Below, one piece after another: positions 22,524 to 33,104 of a DNA stretch of 64,000 bases (position 1 is its first letter; each line of letters opens with the position of its first letter). Made by a program: the position numbers and the translations under genes. The stretch spans positions 32,001 to 96,000 of the forward strand of contig JBIQJB010000002.1 in NCBI GenBank assembly GCA_044507735.1. The letters are read 5' to 3'. The stretch comes from Nitrosopumilales archaeon. Its GTDB lineage: Archaea > Thermoproteota > Nitrososphaeria > Nitrososphaerales > Nitrososphaeraceae. The notes under the pieces were generated by a model. That model did not search any database and had not been told where the DNA came from. It saw nothing but the letters and a program-made list of their open reading frames with translations.

Positions 22524-23459
22524 TTACGGTGCAAGGACTATCTTTCCTCTTGGACGCACATTTCTTTGATAGTCCAGCGCTTCGGCTGCTTTGTCCAGGG
22601 GAAACGTCTTTTCCACGTTTACGCGCACGTTGTTCTTGTCTACCCATTCAGCTAGTTTGGTCAGGCGGTCTCTGTTTACTTGCGTGAACTGGAACGCTGC
22701 TTTTGCTCCAAATTGTTCCATCAGCTGCTGGTCGGGCTGCTCTAGCATCGAGACAATAATGCCGCCTCTCCTTAGTACCTTGAACGACCTTCTATAGGTA
22801 TCACCTCCTACCGTGTCAAATACCGCATCGCAATCATGCGTCACATTCTCAAAGGCTTGGTTCTTGTAGTCTATTATCTCGTCGGCCCCTAGCTCCTTTG
22901 CAAATTGCATGTCGTTTGTGCTGATTGTTGTCGCGACATGGGCACCAAGATGTTTGGCCAGCTGGATAGATATAGAGCCAATCCCGCCCGCCCCTCCGTG
23001 AATCAGAATTTTTTGACCGTTTTCTAGAGCCATGTTCTCCACAAGTGCCTGCCATGCACTGACGCCTACGAGCGGAATGCCGGCCGCTTCTTGGTGGCTC
23101 AGGCTTTTTGGCTTGTGTGCAATGCTATCTGCATTTGCCAAGGCCATTTCTGCGAAGGCTCCGGTCCCACCACGCAAGACGGATGCCTGTCCGTACACAT
23201 CGTCACCTTGATTAATGCCACGGACCTCGGTTCCAGCTTTTTCTACCGTGCCAGAAAAGTCCATTCCGATAGTCAAAGGGAAGTCAAGCTGCATTGTATG
23301 TCTCATGTACCCCTCTCTTATCTTCCAGTCTACTGGATTTACGCCAGCAGCCTTTACAGTTACGAGGACCTTTTCACTAGATGGATCGGGCAGAGAAGTA
23401 TTCTGATTTATTACAATCACGTCGCTACCGCCGTATCTCCTCATCTGAGCGGATTTCAT
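22524..23459 (-). CDS. NADP-dependent oxidoreductase (MDR/quinone oxidoreductase family)
   Basis: AAGVNPVDWKIREG, GMDFSG, ILIHGGAGGIGS, RGKIVL. Confidence 0.93.
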   Translation of the reverse strand: MKSAQMRRYGGSDVIVINQNTSLPDPSSEKVLVTVKAAGVNPVDWKIREGYMRHTMQLDFPLTIGMDFSGTVEKAGTEVRGINQGDDVYGQASVLRGGTGAFAEMALANADSIAHKPKSLSHQEAAGIPLVGVSAWQALVENMALENGQKILIHGGAGGIGSISIQLAKHLGAHVATTISTNDMQFAKELGADEIIDYKNQAFENVTHDCDAVFDTVGGDTYRRSFKVLRRGGIIVSMLEQPDQQLMEQFGAKAAFQFTQVNRDRLTKLAEWVDKNNVRVNVEKTFPLDKAAEALDYQRNVRPRGKIVLAP

Positions 23460-23905
23460 ACCCCTGTAGTCTCCTCATCGCCTATAACCGGTTACGCGCA
23501 TTATTCTCTCTGACTTTGTCATTTGCCATGTTGTGACATATTTTCAAGGAGGTGATGGCAAGAGCTGCTCTGTTGCATAAATCTGAAACAAGCACATGAT
23601 GCCCGAAAATGTGCACCAAGCAGCCGCAAATCGCACATTTGGGATGCGTTTGTGTTGAAAACTTTTAAGAATAACGATTTTTGTGAGTCATGGAACAGAG
23701 CATCATACGACATGTGCAGATATGCTCATCACAAGACTACAAGCATACCCTCCAAAATTGCGTTGTTGTATGTAGTGTAAGAGAACACCTTTTTGTTGCC
23801 ACTGAGCAATTAGGCAGAACTGTTGGTTCGAACTCTAGATTTGAGATGCCTAGAGGCGCCTGCTAAAGTGCAAATTTCTTATAGAACTTTTGTCTTACGC
23901 CAAGC

Positions 23906-26020
23906 GTGCCATACACGCAACTCACAACGGGCACGCTGTTGCTCTGGCTAATAGTATCAGTCCTTGCCACGAACTCGTTAATAGTCTTCGCAGACTCTCA
24001 CACCAAGGGAGTCTACGCCGAGATAATTGGCACGGCCACCGTGACAATTACGATGGGGCTTGCAATAATCCTGGCACTTCGTCAGCTCAGGCATAACAGG
24101 CCGCATGCCAAGATGTACCTGAGCCTTGCGGCGGGTCTGGTGCTCTGGTTCTCCGCCGACGTCATCTGGGCGAGCTACGAGCTCGTATTCCACATGGCCG
24201 CTCCGATTCCCTCGCTCTCCGATGTGCTGTGGCTCGCAGGTTACCCGTTCTTTGCGCACAATCTATTTGCAACTTATAGGGAATTCAAGAGCAAGTTTGG
24301 CCGGCGTATCCTGGCAGCAAGTATTGCAGGAAACGTTGCGTTCGTTGCGTATCTGATAATCCTCACGGCGGAGCTGTGGGACTTTTCGACACAGGACGGG
24401 ATCGCCATGTTTTCAGTCATGATCGCATATCCAATCATGAATGCAGTCCTTGTTGTCCCTGCTCTGTCCATTCTAGTAGGTCTGTGGAAGGAAAATCCGT
24501 GGTCGATCCCCTGGACATTCAAGTCGCTTTCTTTATTTTGCATCGTGGTGACTGACAGTTGGTTTGCGTTCATCATAATTTCTGGACTTTATGATCAGGT
24601 GTGGGTGGCGTCCCTTCTGTTTGGTGCAGAATACATCATTCTCGCCGGCGGGCTCTTGTGGTTCAACAAGTTCTTGAATGTATACAAGGGACACGCCCAC
24701 GAAAAGGTACAGGCAGCACCCTTCCCCCGGAGGAACCCGGGGCCAGTGCGGTACATTCAGGCGACAGTGGCAGTTGTGCTGGTGGGTGGAATCATTAGCT
24801 ACGGTTTTGCAAGCTCGATGACGACAAGCTCAGCCCAGTACATAACACCGGCCGATGCACAGCTCAGCAATACCATTACCGTAGGCGCGCTCCTTCCGCT
24901 TACCGGAGCTCTGTCATCCTTTGGAGAGGAGGCAGAGGTAGCACTCAAGATAGCTGTTGAAGACGTGAACAAGGACCTTGCCTCGTCTGGTTCAGACAGG
25001 AGGATTGCACTTGTGATAGAGGATACGAGGACAGACCCTGCAGTCGCGCTTGAAAAGCTGCAGGCACTGACGTCTGACGGGATAAGGATAGTGATAGGCC
25101 CTGTTACAAGTGCCGAAGTCGCTGCGGTAAGACAATATGCGAACGACAACGATGTACTGGTCGTGAGCATAGGGAGCACTGCACCCGACTTGGCAATACC
25201 AAACGATAATGTGATAAGACTTGTGCCTGACGATACGCAACAGGCAAGGGTGCTTGCAAGGCAGATGTGGGACGACGGAGTGCGCGTGGTCGTTCCGATG
25301 TGGAGAACAGATGTATTTGGAAACAACCTGAACATGCTGCTGACGGAGAACTTCAAGCGACTAGGGGGTACGGTGATTGACGGCGTGGGATATGAACCTC
25401 TGGTGGGTGACTTTTCGTCCAGCCTCCATAGGATCAACTTTATTGTCTGGGAGCAGCACCTGAGGTCACTTTCAGAGAAGGTCGGTCAAGCCACGGCGCA
25501 ATACGGTCACGAGAGGGTCGGGGTGTATATTGTAGCGTTCGACGAAATAGTGCCGATCTTGATTCAGGCGGACAGGCACCCTGAGCTAGGGGCCGTGAGG
25601 TGGTATGGAAGCGACGGTTCTGCGCAGGTCGGAGGTGTTGTGAGAAACGCCGAGGCGGCAGAATTTGCGATAAGAACCAGCTTCCTGAATCCGATATACG
25701 GGGTTGAGGAGACAAGAGACTTCAGGGAATTGGAAGAAAGGATCAGTGAGGAATTAGGTAGAGAGCCCAGATCTTATGCCGAGGCGACATATGACGCTAT
25801 GTGGCTAGCGGCTCTTGCACTCGAAGCGGATGATTCGGGTTCGCTCAGGGATATCTTTGTGCATACCGCCAACTCGTACGTTGGCGTGACTGGGAGCACC
25901 GAACTAAACGCTGCCGGCGACAGAAAATCCGGCTCGTATGACTTTTGGGCTGTGAGGGAGGACCATGGTGGCCACCATCCGTTTGAGTGGGCAAGCGTGG
26001 CTTCCAGCACGATACACTGA
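23906..26020 (+). CDS. Multi-pass membrane protein fused to a LivK-like (type I periplasmic-binding) domain
   Basis: About 8 N-terminal TMs (PSLSDVLWLAGYP), linker, a further TM, then ITVGALLPLTG, EDTRTDP, VIGPVTS, RLVPDD, YDAMW, GVTG. Confidence 0.85.
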   Translation: MPYTQLTTGTLLLWLIVSVLATNSLIVFADSHTKGVYAEIIGTATVTITMGLAIILALRQLRHNRPHAKMYLSLAAGLVLWFSADVIWASYELVFHMAAPIPSLSDVLWLAGYPFFAHNLFATYREFKSKFGRRILAASIAGNVAFVAYLIILTAELWDFSTQDGIAMFSVMIAYPIMNAVLVVPALSILVGLWKENPWSIPWTFKSLSLFCIVVTDSWFAFIIISGLYDQVWVASLLFGAEYIILAGGLLWFNKFLNVYKGHAHEKVQAAPFPRRNPGPVRYIQATVAVVLVGGIISYGFASSMTTSSAQYITPADAQLSNTITVGALLPLTGALSSFGEEAEVALKIAVEDVNKDLASSGSDRRIALVIEDTRTDPAVALEKLQALTSDGIRIVIGPVTSAEVAAVRQYANDNDVLVVSIGSTAPDLAIPNDNVIRLVPDDTQQARVLARQMWDDGVRVVVPMWRTDVFGNNLNMLLTENFKRLGGTVIDGVGYEPLVGDFSSSLHRINFIVWEQHLRSLSEKVGQATAQYGHERVGVYIVAFDEIVPILIQADRHPELGAVRWYGSDGSAQVGGVVRNAEAAEFAIRTSFLNPIYGVEETRDFRELEERISEELGREPRSYAEATYDAMWLAALALEADDSGSLRDIFVHTANSYVGVTGSTELNAAGDRKSGSYDFWAVREDHGGHHPFEWASVASSTIH

Positions 26021-26166
26021 CTTGTTTCCGAATGCCGCTTTAAGATGGAGATAATAGTGGCTTCTCTTGGATTCTTGTCTGCGAAAGTCATCTATTTTTT
26101 AAGCTGGATAATTCTAGACTCCCGAGGACCCACGTAGCATATTATGATACATGAAACGGTAACAAG

Positions 26167-26189
26167 AAGGTAATACGCGTAATTACCTT
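26167..26189. promoter_or_regulatory. Inverted repeat, possible operator immediately upstream of the cupredoxin-like gene
   Basis: AAGGTAAT-ACGCGTA-ATTACCTT. Confidence 0.4.
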
Positions 26190-26852
26190 GTGTTCAGAAC
26201 ACGATTGGCGATTCAGTTGAAAAAAACAAGAATATTTGCTTTTATCGGCGTTGCCATTGTGCTGGTCACCACTGCCTTTGTAGCCGGAACTGGAGCGTTG
26301 TCAGCCACATTGGCCCGGATACCAAGCGGACCCTTATTTGCCGCCGCAACCACTTCTGGCATCCCTGACGGCGGTCATGTCACTGACGGAAGTTCGTCAG
26401 CAATGCCGTCAATTTCTGGAAACGCAACAACTACAGGTACAAACACAACGACTGCAACGATTGCAATGGCATCCTCCACTAACAAGACATTCTACATATC
26501 GGATGACGAAGTGGATGACGACCTGGATAATGCTGACGACATCAATATCTTTTCCCTTCAGACTATGGTTGTGAATAGAGGTGACAGTGTGACCGTACAC
26601 TTCTTCAACCTCGGCGAAGAAGATATTGACGACGCACAGGAACAGAGACATTCATTCACCATCGGCGCGCCATACAACATCGACGCCGAATTGGCCGGAG
26701 GAGAAAACCAAGTAATAACATTCACGGCAGACAATGAGGGAATTTTTCAGTACTACTCAAAGTACGATCTGCCTCAGATGACAGGTCAGCTCGTGGTCTT
26801 GCCTGAACAACAGAACACAGCCGGGGCTGCAACAAATTCGACCAACCAATAG
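26190..26852 (+). CDS. Secreted cupredoxin-fold protein with degenerate Cu site
   Basis: VVNRGDSVTVHFFN, HSFTI, ITFTADNEGIFQYYSKYDLPQMTGQLVV; Cys and second His ligands replaced. Confidence 0.8.
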   Translation: MFRTRLAIQLKKTRIFAFIGVAIVLVTTAFVAGTGALSATLARIPSGPLFAAATTSGIPDGGHVTDGSSSAMPSISGNATTTGTNTTTATIAMASSTNKTFYISDDEVDDDLDNADDINIFSLQTMVVNRGDSVTVHFFNLGEEDIDDAQEQRHSFTIGAPYNIDAELAGGENQVITFTADNEGIFQYYSKYDLPQMTGQLVVLPEQQNTAGAATNSTNQ

Positions 26853-27312
26853 CTGGTCGGATCCTCTCCCTTCTTTTTTCAGGTCCCCTTGCGATTGCGA
26901 CTTCATACTGAAATGCTCCCGGACCTCGTTCAACGCATGTGGTTGCGTCGGCCCCTCTTCTCCACTTTTGCGTCCCTTGCAACTCAAGGCCAATGCAAAG
27001 GTGCGTCTGTCTGCCCAATGAAGAAGGGAAGCAGCGGTGAAACTCGAGAAGAGTTGTTGAATTTAATGATGGTTGTAGAGGCCTTTGTCAACATTGTGAT
27101 AGTGGTAGATAGTAAAGGCGCTTCCCGCTGTCGCATGATCCGAGGCTTGTTACAAGAAGCAATCTCAGGGAATTTGCCGACCAAAAGGAGGCACCGACCA
27201 GTCTTGAACTCAATTCAAACAAGGTGGCTACAAAAAATGGATTTGAGGATGATCCTATGACATGTTGTTACTTGGATGTGAAAGTTGCCCCGCTGACATA
27301 GAGAATTATTAT

Positions 27313-27957
27313 TCACTGAAGATTGTTGCTTCGGCTGTTAATGCCGCCTTGCCACTCCCATAACTTTATCGTGGCACCTTCCTTGTCGTTGGGATCATCT
27401 TCGTGATATCCTATCGCCATCATGTTGTTGAATGGTGCAAGCAAACCAGTTGCGTTGCCGTCAAATACCGCTATTGTGAGCCCTTTTCCGTGAAAGCTAG
27501 TCGTGTTGTATTGTAGAATTTCGTAATACGTGATTGCTGTCTTGTCTCCGTCCTCCGGCGATGTTACATATTCTCTTCCATAAGCAAAGATATTTTCCTT
27601 TCCAGTGACGATTGCGTAGCCAGTGTTAGTCATGTTAATAGTCTCTCCTGTATCGGGGTATCTCATTATTCCATGCCCGATGAAATCAATTCTTGTATGA
27701 GTGCCGTTTATCGGGTTAGCGCTGGTAGTTGTTGCCTTTTCGTCCCATATGGGTAAGGAGGAGAAGGCCAGCTCTGATGGCTGTTGTGGAGTGGTAGTAG
27801 ATGTGCTGTCTTTTGCTACTGAAAGCGGTGCTGCGGCCAAGAATGCCAAAAATATTGCTGCAATCCCGCCTGCAACAACGACTCCAGCTATTATTCCAAT
27901 CGTCTTTACATTCCGCTTTTTCTTTTCAGAATTGTTTTTGCTATTTTCTGATGACAT
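27313..27957 (-). CDS. Membrane-anchored hypothetical surface protein
   Basis: Probable start MSSENSK at 27957; one TM; FDGNATGLLAPFNNMM...IKLWEW. Confidence 0.7.
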   Translation of the reverse strand: MSSENSKNNSEKKKRNVKTIGIIAGVVVAGGIAAIFLAFLAAAPLSVAKDSTSTTTPQQPSELAFSSLPIWDEKATTTSANPINGTHTRIDFIGHGIMRYPDTGETINMTNTGYAIVTGKENIFAYGREYVTSPEDGDKTAITYYEILQYNTTSFHGKGLTIAVFDGNATGLLAPFNNMMAIGYHEDDPNDKEGATIKLWEWQGGINSRSNNLQ

Positions 27958-28389
27958 GCTCAACACCATTCTTGCTGTATGTTGTGAACAACGAAATCTA
28001 CGGAATTCTGGTAGAATCTTATAATCTTTGTCAAAATGGAAAGATTCAGGCATATCTCATCGATGATTTTTCTTGTGATGAACTTGTCGCAACTACGAGA
28101 CCTGTCATAGTGCCATACACTGTACATTCAATGATCAAACATCCTGCCAGAAATATTGGCGGGCTATGGTGCAAGTACCGAGCTCAAGAGACTTTGTATG
28201 TGATCAATTGCACAAATTAGGCGTTGACATCGACACAACATAGCAAGTCGATTCCTCGGATTGACAGTTAGAATTGATGTATGAGGAGCTTAATCTAATG
28301 AAAATTGATTGGAGGAATAAGCTCCAGAGTCGTCGCACCAAGTACCGCAAGTAGGACACACTCATGATCCCCTTACTGCGCAAGACCAT

Positions 28390-29357
28390 CGAACGTACAG
28401 ACTGGCAGGCTGCTTGCTCATCTTCGACCACCTTACTTCTTTGTTCAAAGCGTAGCTTGGCAAAAATAGTCTGAATCACTTGTCATCGAACTATGTTTCA
28501 AGCAGCATGGGTTCCATTTCTTTGTCCTAAGTAGGTATTCGAGCTTTTCCTGTACTGCGGGATCTGATAACTCTCTTCGAGTGAAATAATTCGCTTTCTC
28601 CGTGCCTTCATCATTCTCCATGTGGCATCAGATCGAACTGGCTGACCATCGTACAGGTTTGCTATTAGTCGAGCTTCTGGGTTGGCTCTGTCAGGCTGCT
28701 CATTGATTAGATCCCTTTCATATGTAAAACTCACTGTCAAGAGGATTGGTCCTGAGTGGTTTTGGTCTCCTACGGGACTTACCCTCATCATACTTTACTC
28801 GAAGCTTCGCATTCTTGATCTTCAGCAACGCGACCTCACAGTTGTATTCATTGAAATCCCAGAGCAGAGTGAGAGTATCTTTGTTGCGCTTGAATCAGTC
28901 GTATTTCATTATGGTTAGCAGCTCGTCTAGCTTCCAGATTTCATTTTCTGAATATGGGTTTTTTCTTTATCGACACGAAGTTTGGTGTTTCCTACTCGGT
29001 GGTGGAAATCAGCTCGTCCTTTCCTCGCTGGTTATGCAGCCATCGGAAAAAGTGCTTTATGGCTCCAAGGTAGTCATTCCAAGTAGTCTTCCCTTTCTCA
29101 TCAGGGTGAATATCCTTTGGCTTTTTCTTTGAGTCAATGAACTCCTATATTGCCTCTTTCTTTCTAACACGGGTTAGCGTCTTGTTCTGACCTAAGTGAA
29201 TTGAGAAGTACACCATTGTCAGCAACTCGTTTCCGCGATGTCTTTCAGACGCGCCAACCTCTTCCAAATACTTGAGAAATTCCTTCAGAAGAACAGCGTT
29301 CTTTTGGTTTGGTATTGACGGTATCTTTGCTACGACTGTTGACAGCTTTAGAGGCAT
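28390..29357 (-). pseudogene. Decayed tyrosine recombinase/integrase
   Basis: MPLKLSTVVAKI...SERH, then past stops at 29145-47 and 28992-94: TTWNDYLGAIKHFFRWL, PYSENEIW, SGPILL, KKWNPCCLKHSS (decayed box II); multiple stops and frameshifts; starts 56 nt from the tRNA-Ala 3' end. Confidence 0.88.
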
Positions 29358-29413
29358 TTGCTATGAGGATCTCTCTGGGAAAATTGCTTTGGTGGTTGAG
29401 TCCGCGAGTAGAA

Positions 29414-29486
29414 TGGACTGGGCGGGATTTGAACCCGCGACCTCTCGCTTGCGAAGCGAGCATTACTACCCCTGAACTACCAGCCC
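29414..29486 (-). tRNA. tRNA-Ala(CGC)
   Basis: GGGCTGGTAGTTCAGGGGTAGTAATGCTCGCTTCGCAAGCGAGAGGTCGCGGGTTCAAATCCCGCCCAGTCCA; cloverleaf, G3-U70 pair, anticodon CGC. Confidence 0.97.
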
Positions 29487-30389
29487 TATCGCAGGTTTCA
29501 CGTGATGTAATCCCAATATAAAATATGACACAATAATAGCGAATGCTCTCCTGTATGACTTGTGCCCCTCCCCTTACATCTCTAGTCGTCTCCCCCTCCT
29601 CACAATTTCATCCTGACAACAACGCGCTGTTTAGCGAGACGCATTCAGAGAGATGTCGCTCTCATCATGCAAGTAGCTCTTGGCAGCGACATAGTCTCCC
29701 GGAGCAAGAAATCTACTTTCATGACAAGAGGGAGCACACACCCACTAAGTACACAGATGCCTGAGAGTACGTATCCTCTGGCCTAACACACACCTTTCTT
29801 ACACCCGCCTTGACCCGACTGCGGAGTGGTCTCTGCTTGCATGGTGCATGGCAAGACGAATGCTTGCATGTATCATACACCCTGACGCCTGATTCAGGAT
29901 AGTAGTATAGCTGAACCCCCTTGGGATGTGTCATGATTCATCTTACTTCATACCGCAGCTGCTGGCGGTATCATAGTCCTGCATGTAGCAACTACTACGC
30001 TTGGTCTGGCTGCCGAGCCGTTTGATGAGCACCTTCTGGTGGAAATGGATGATGGTGTCGGAGGGTCAGCCAGAGAACCATCCGTCAAGCCTCTTGAAGA
30101 GTTCAGTCAGTCGTACAACAATGCAGCAAGTACACGGTGGAGCAGCAAGTGCGGGATGAGTGGCCGAGATTGTCACCGAATGATCAGCAAATTTACTCAT
30201 ATTTCTCGCATAAGGGAACCGGAACGAGACGACAGCTAAAAAACAATCACTTTATGTGCATGTATATTGAATATGGATATCACAACACTCAAAAACGTAA
30301 GTAAAATCAAGTTGGCTGACTAAAAGAAGCTATTCGTAAGTAACAATGCCCCACGACCTTTATATCAATCAGATCAAACAGTTGACAGG

Positions 30390-31529
30390 ATGCGACCGGA
30401 AGTAGACAGTGATCTTCCGAGAAAACTTTCATCTCGAGAATCGGACGCAGATTCTTTGATCGAAAAGGACGAAATCAATTTCTTGGGTTACTCACAAAGC
30501 TATTTCGTTTGCTTTATTGACATTGTTGATTCGACAAGAATAATATCCAACATCGATAACTCTCTGGGAATCCGAAAGTATTATGGAATCTTTCTTAATA
30601 CTGTCGCTAGAATTGCACGTGATCATGAAGGCAAGATAGTAAAGAGTGCAGGGGATAGCCTCACCCTCTATTTTCCAAATACTGTGGATACTGCATATCC
30701 TCATGCATTCGACATGGCCATGAAATGCTGCATGGAAATACTTGGCGCACATGAATCCATGAATCTAATTGCATACCTGGAACAGCTACCTGGGATTGAC
30801 TACCGAATAAGTGCAGATTACGGAAAGGTCGAAGTTGCCAGAACAAGAACATCAAAAGAGTACGACTTGCTTGGACATACAATGAATATGTGCGCGAAGA
30901 TGAATTCAAGGGCAGAGCCACAGGGGTTTGTTATCGGAGGTGACCTTTACGAAATATTACGATCGTCAAAATTTCCATTTGGCAGGTTTTATGACTTTCA
31001 TGCAATTGGAGAATATTCGACTGGACTGAAATACAATTATCCGATCTTTTCCGTCCATCCAAGAAATATTATTCAAGATTGGGACTCTATTCCGAGTCAA
31101 CGTGCCTGCGGCAAACCTTGCGGAGAAGATAATGCTGATCCTAACAGCCGGGATAAGCGTCACAGGATAATGATAATTGACGACGAGCCAGACACGCTGC
31201 TGACCTACAAATGTATGCTGGAAAGTGAAGCCGCATTTGAAGTAGAAACATATACGTCGTCACAGGATGCACTGCAAAGGCTCTTCAAAAGGGGTACAAG
31301 CTCTTACGACTTGATTATCACAGATATTAGGATGCCGCAGCCAAATGGTCTTCAGCTCTATAATATCATAAAAACCCTAAACAAACAGACGCGCGTTTTG
31401 CTCATAACAGCATACGATGTGATTGAGGAAATTGTGAGCACATTGCCTGATATCAAACATGAACATATCTTGAAGAAACCACTCAACAAGCCTGAGCTAC
31501 TTAGGGGAGTGAGGCTTTGTACTGCATAG
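30390..31529 (+). CDS. Class III adenylate/guanylate cyclase domain fused to C-terminal REC domain
   Basis: FIDIVDST, IVKSAGD, RISADYG, DLLGHTMNMCAK; REC motifs IIDDE, TDIRMP, ITA, KKP. Confidence 0.9.
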   Translation: MRPEVDSDLPRKLSSRESDADSLIEKDEINFLGYSQSYFVCFIDIVDSTRIISNIDNSLGIRKYYGIFLNTVARIARDHEGKIVKSAGDSLTLYFPNTVDTAYPHAFDMAMKCCMEILGAHESMNLIAYLEQLPGIDYRISADYGKVEVARTRTSKEYDLLGHTMNMCAKMNSRAEPQGFVIGGDLYEILRSSKFPFGRFYDFHAIGEYSTGLKYNYPIFSVHPRNIIQDWDSIPSQRACGKPCGEDNADPNSRDKRHRIMIIDDEPDTLLTYKCMLESEAAFEVETYTSSQDALQRLFKRGTSSYDLIITDIRMPQPNGLQLYNIIKTLNKQTRVLLITAYDVIEEIVSTLPDIKHEHILKKPLNKPELLRGVRLCTA

Positions 31530-31691
31530 GGATTGCCGGGGAAACGGGGTCTGAAAAGCAAGTAGGATAAGATGGGGTGTTGGCGGCGGTACCACAGCGT
31601 GTCGCAGTGCATGTCCGCAAGAATCAAGTTTCATGTTAAATCTGGAAGGCATAAACATATTACAAGAAGGACATAATTTACGAAAGGTTAA

Positions 31692-33104
31692 ATGCAAAAT
31701 TCCTGCGATTTGTTGATTACAAATGCTTCTGCAGTCATTCCAAAGGTGGGTGTTGTTGAGACAAATATCATGATTGAGGATGGCCTGATAAAGGCACTCT
31801 CAAATTCAGCCGGTAATATCTCTGCATCAATAAAGATAGATGCGCGGGGCAGATATGTGCTGCCAGGCGCAATCGACCCACACGTCCATTATGGAGTGTA
31901 CACTCCAATAGAGGAGGCTGCAAGAACGGAATCACGGTCGGCTGCAATCGGGGGCGTGACGACAATGATGAGAATGCTCCGGCTCTACGACAGTTATCGG
32001 ACTGTTACAAGGCAGTTGCAGGCAAGCAAAGGCAACCACTATATCGACTATTCAATTCATGCGTCGATACTAAGACCGGAGCAGGTCGAGGATGTGCGTT
32101 ACCTGAAAGAGCTTGGCATAAACTCGCTCAAAATCTACATGAACCTTGGTGCAGACCTCAACCACATCTACATGGATCAGGACCCTGGTGCTCATGAAGT
32201 CAGGGACGGCGAGGTGAACATGACGGACGAGCTGCTGTCTTCGATAGTGAGGGAGGGTGCAATGGCTCACTCTACCGTGCTGGTGCATGCGGAGAATCCT
32301 GAAATGTGCTCTGAGCACATGCGCGTCGGAAAGGAAAAACAGATGAGTGGACTCAAAGCATGGTCGGACTGTCGTCCATCGTCTTCAGAGGCAACAAGCG
32401 TCGCCAAGGTATCAGAGCTTGCAAGGAAATTTGGGGCTAACCTGTACTTTGTGCATGTGGGGTCAACTGCAGCGCTTGATGCGATACTGTCTGAGCGGGA
32501 AAAAGGCAGATCAAACTACTACATCGAAACATGCCCACAGTATCTGACACATACAGTCGATTTTGATAATATCAAGGGGAAGGTAGTCCCGCCTCTCCGA
32601 TCGAAAAGTGATCTTCAGAGTATGTGGTCTGCCCTCAGAAACGGCATAGTTGACACGATGGGAACTGATCATGTGGCAAACAGACTCGACATGAAGATGG
32701 GCAATGGGGACATCTGGACTGCACTAGCTGGTTTCCCCGGAATTGCCACCATGCTGCCGGTACTCCTTAGCCACGGTGTGAATCAGGACAGGATAAGCAT
32801 CGAGAGAGTCGCAGAGGTCACTAGCTATAACACTGCCCGAATATTTGGAATGTATCCTAAGAAGGGCACCATACAGCCCGGCTCTGACGCAGACTTGACA
32901 ATAGTGGACCTCGATCTCGAGCAAGAGGTGACTCCCGATCTGTTGCAGTCGTATTCTGACTATTCAATCTATGATGGCTACAGGCTGCGAGGCTGGCCCG
33001 TGGTGACGATCGTCAGGGGAAAGATTGTGATGGAGAACGGTCGGGTGGTCAGCGAGGCGCTCGGGCACGGTGAATTCGTTCCGCGCCCCGTTGCCATCAC
33101 TTAG
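31692..33104 (+). CDS. Cyclic amidohydrolase (dihydroorotase/hydantoinase/allantoinase family)
   Basis: PGAIDPHVH, GGVTT, KIYM, HAE, ETCPQYL, PPLR, GTDH, KGTIQPGSDAD. Confidence 0.9.
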   Translation: MQNSCDLLITNASAVIPKVGVVETNIMIEDGLIKALSNSAGNISASIKIDARGRYVLPGAIDPHVHYGVYTPIEEAARTESRSAAIGGVTTMMRMLRLYDSYRTVTRQLQASKGNHYIDYSIHASILRPEQVEDVRYLKELGINSLKIYMNLGADLNHIYMDQDPGAHEVRDGEVNMTDELLSSIVREGAMAHSTVLVHAENPEMCSEHMRVGKEKQMSGLKAWSDCRPSSSEATSVAKVSELARKFGANLYFVHVGSTAALDAILSEREKGRSNYYIETCPQYLTHTVDFDNIKGKVVPPLRSKSDLQSMWSALRNGIVDTMGTDHVANRLDMKMGNGDIWTALAGFPGIATMLPVLLSHGVNQDRISIERVAEVTSYNTARIFGMYPKKGTIQPGSDADLTIVDLDLEQEVTPDLLQSYSDYSIYDGYRLRGWPVVTIVRGKIVMENGRVVSEALGHGEFVPRPVAIT

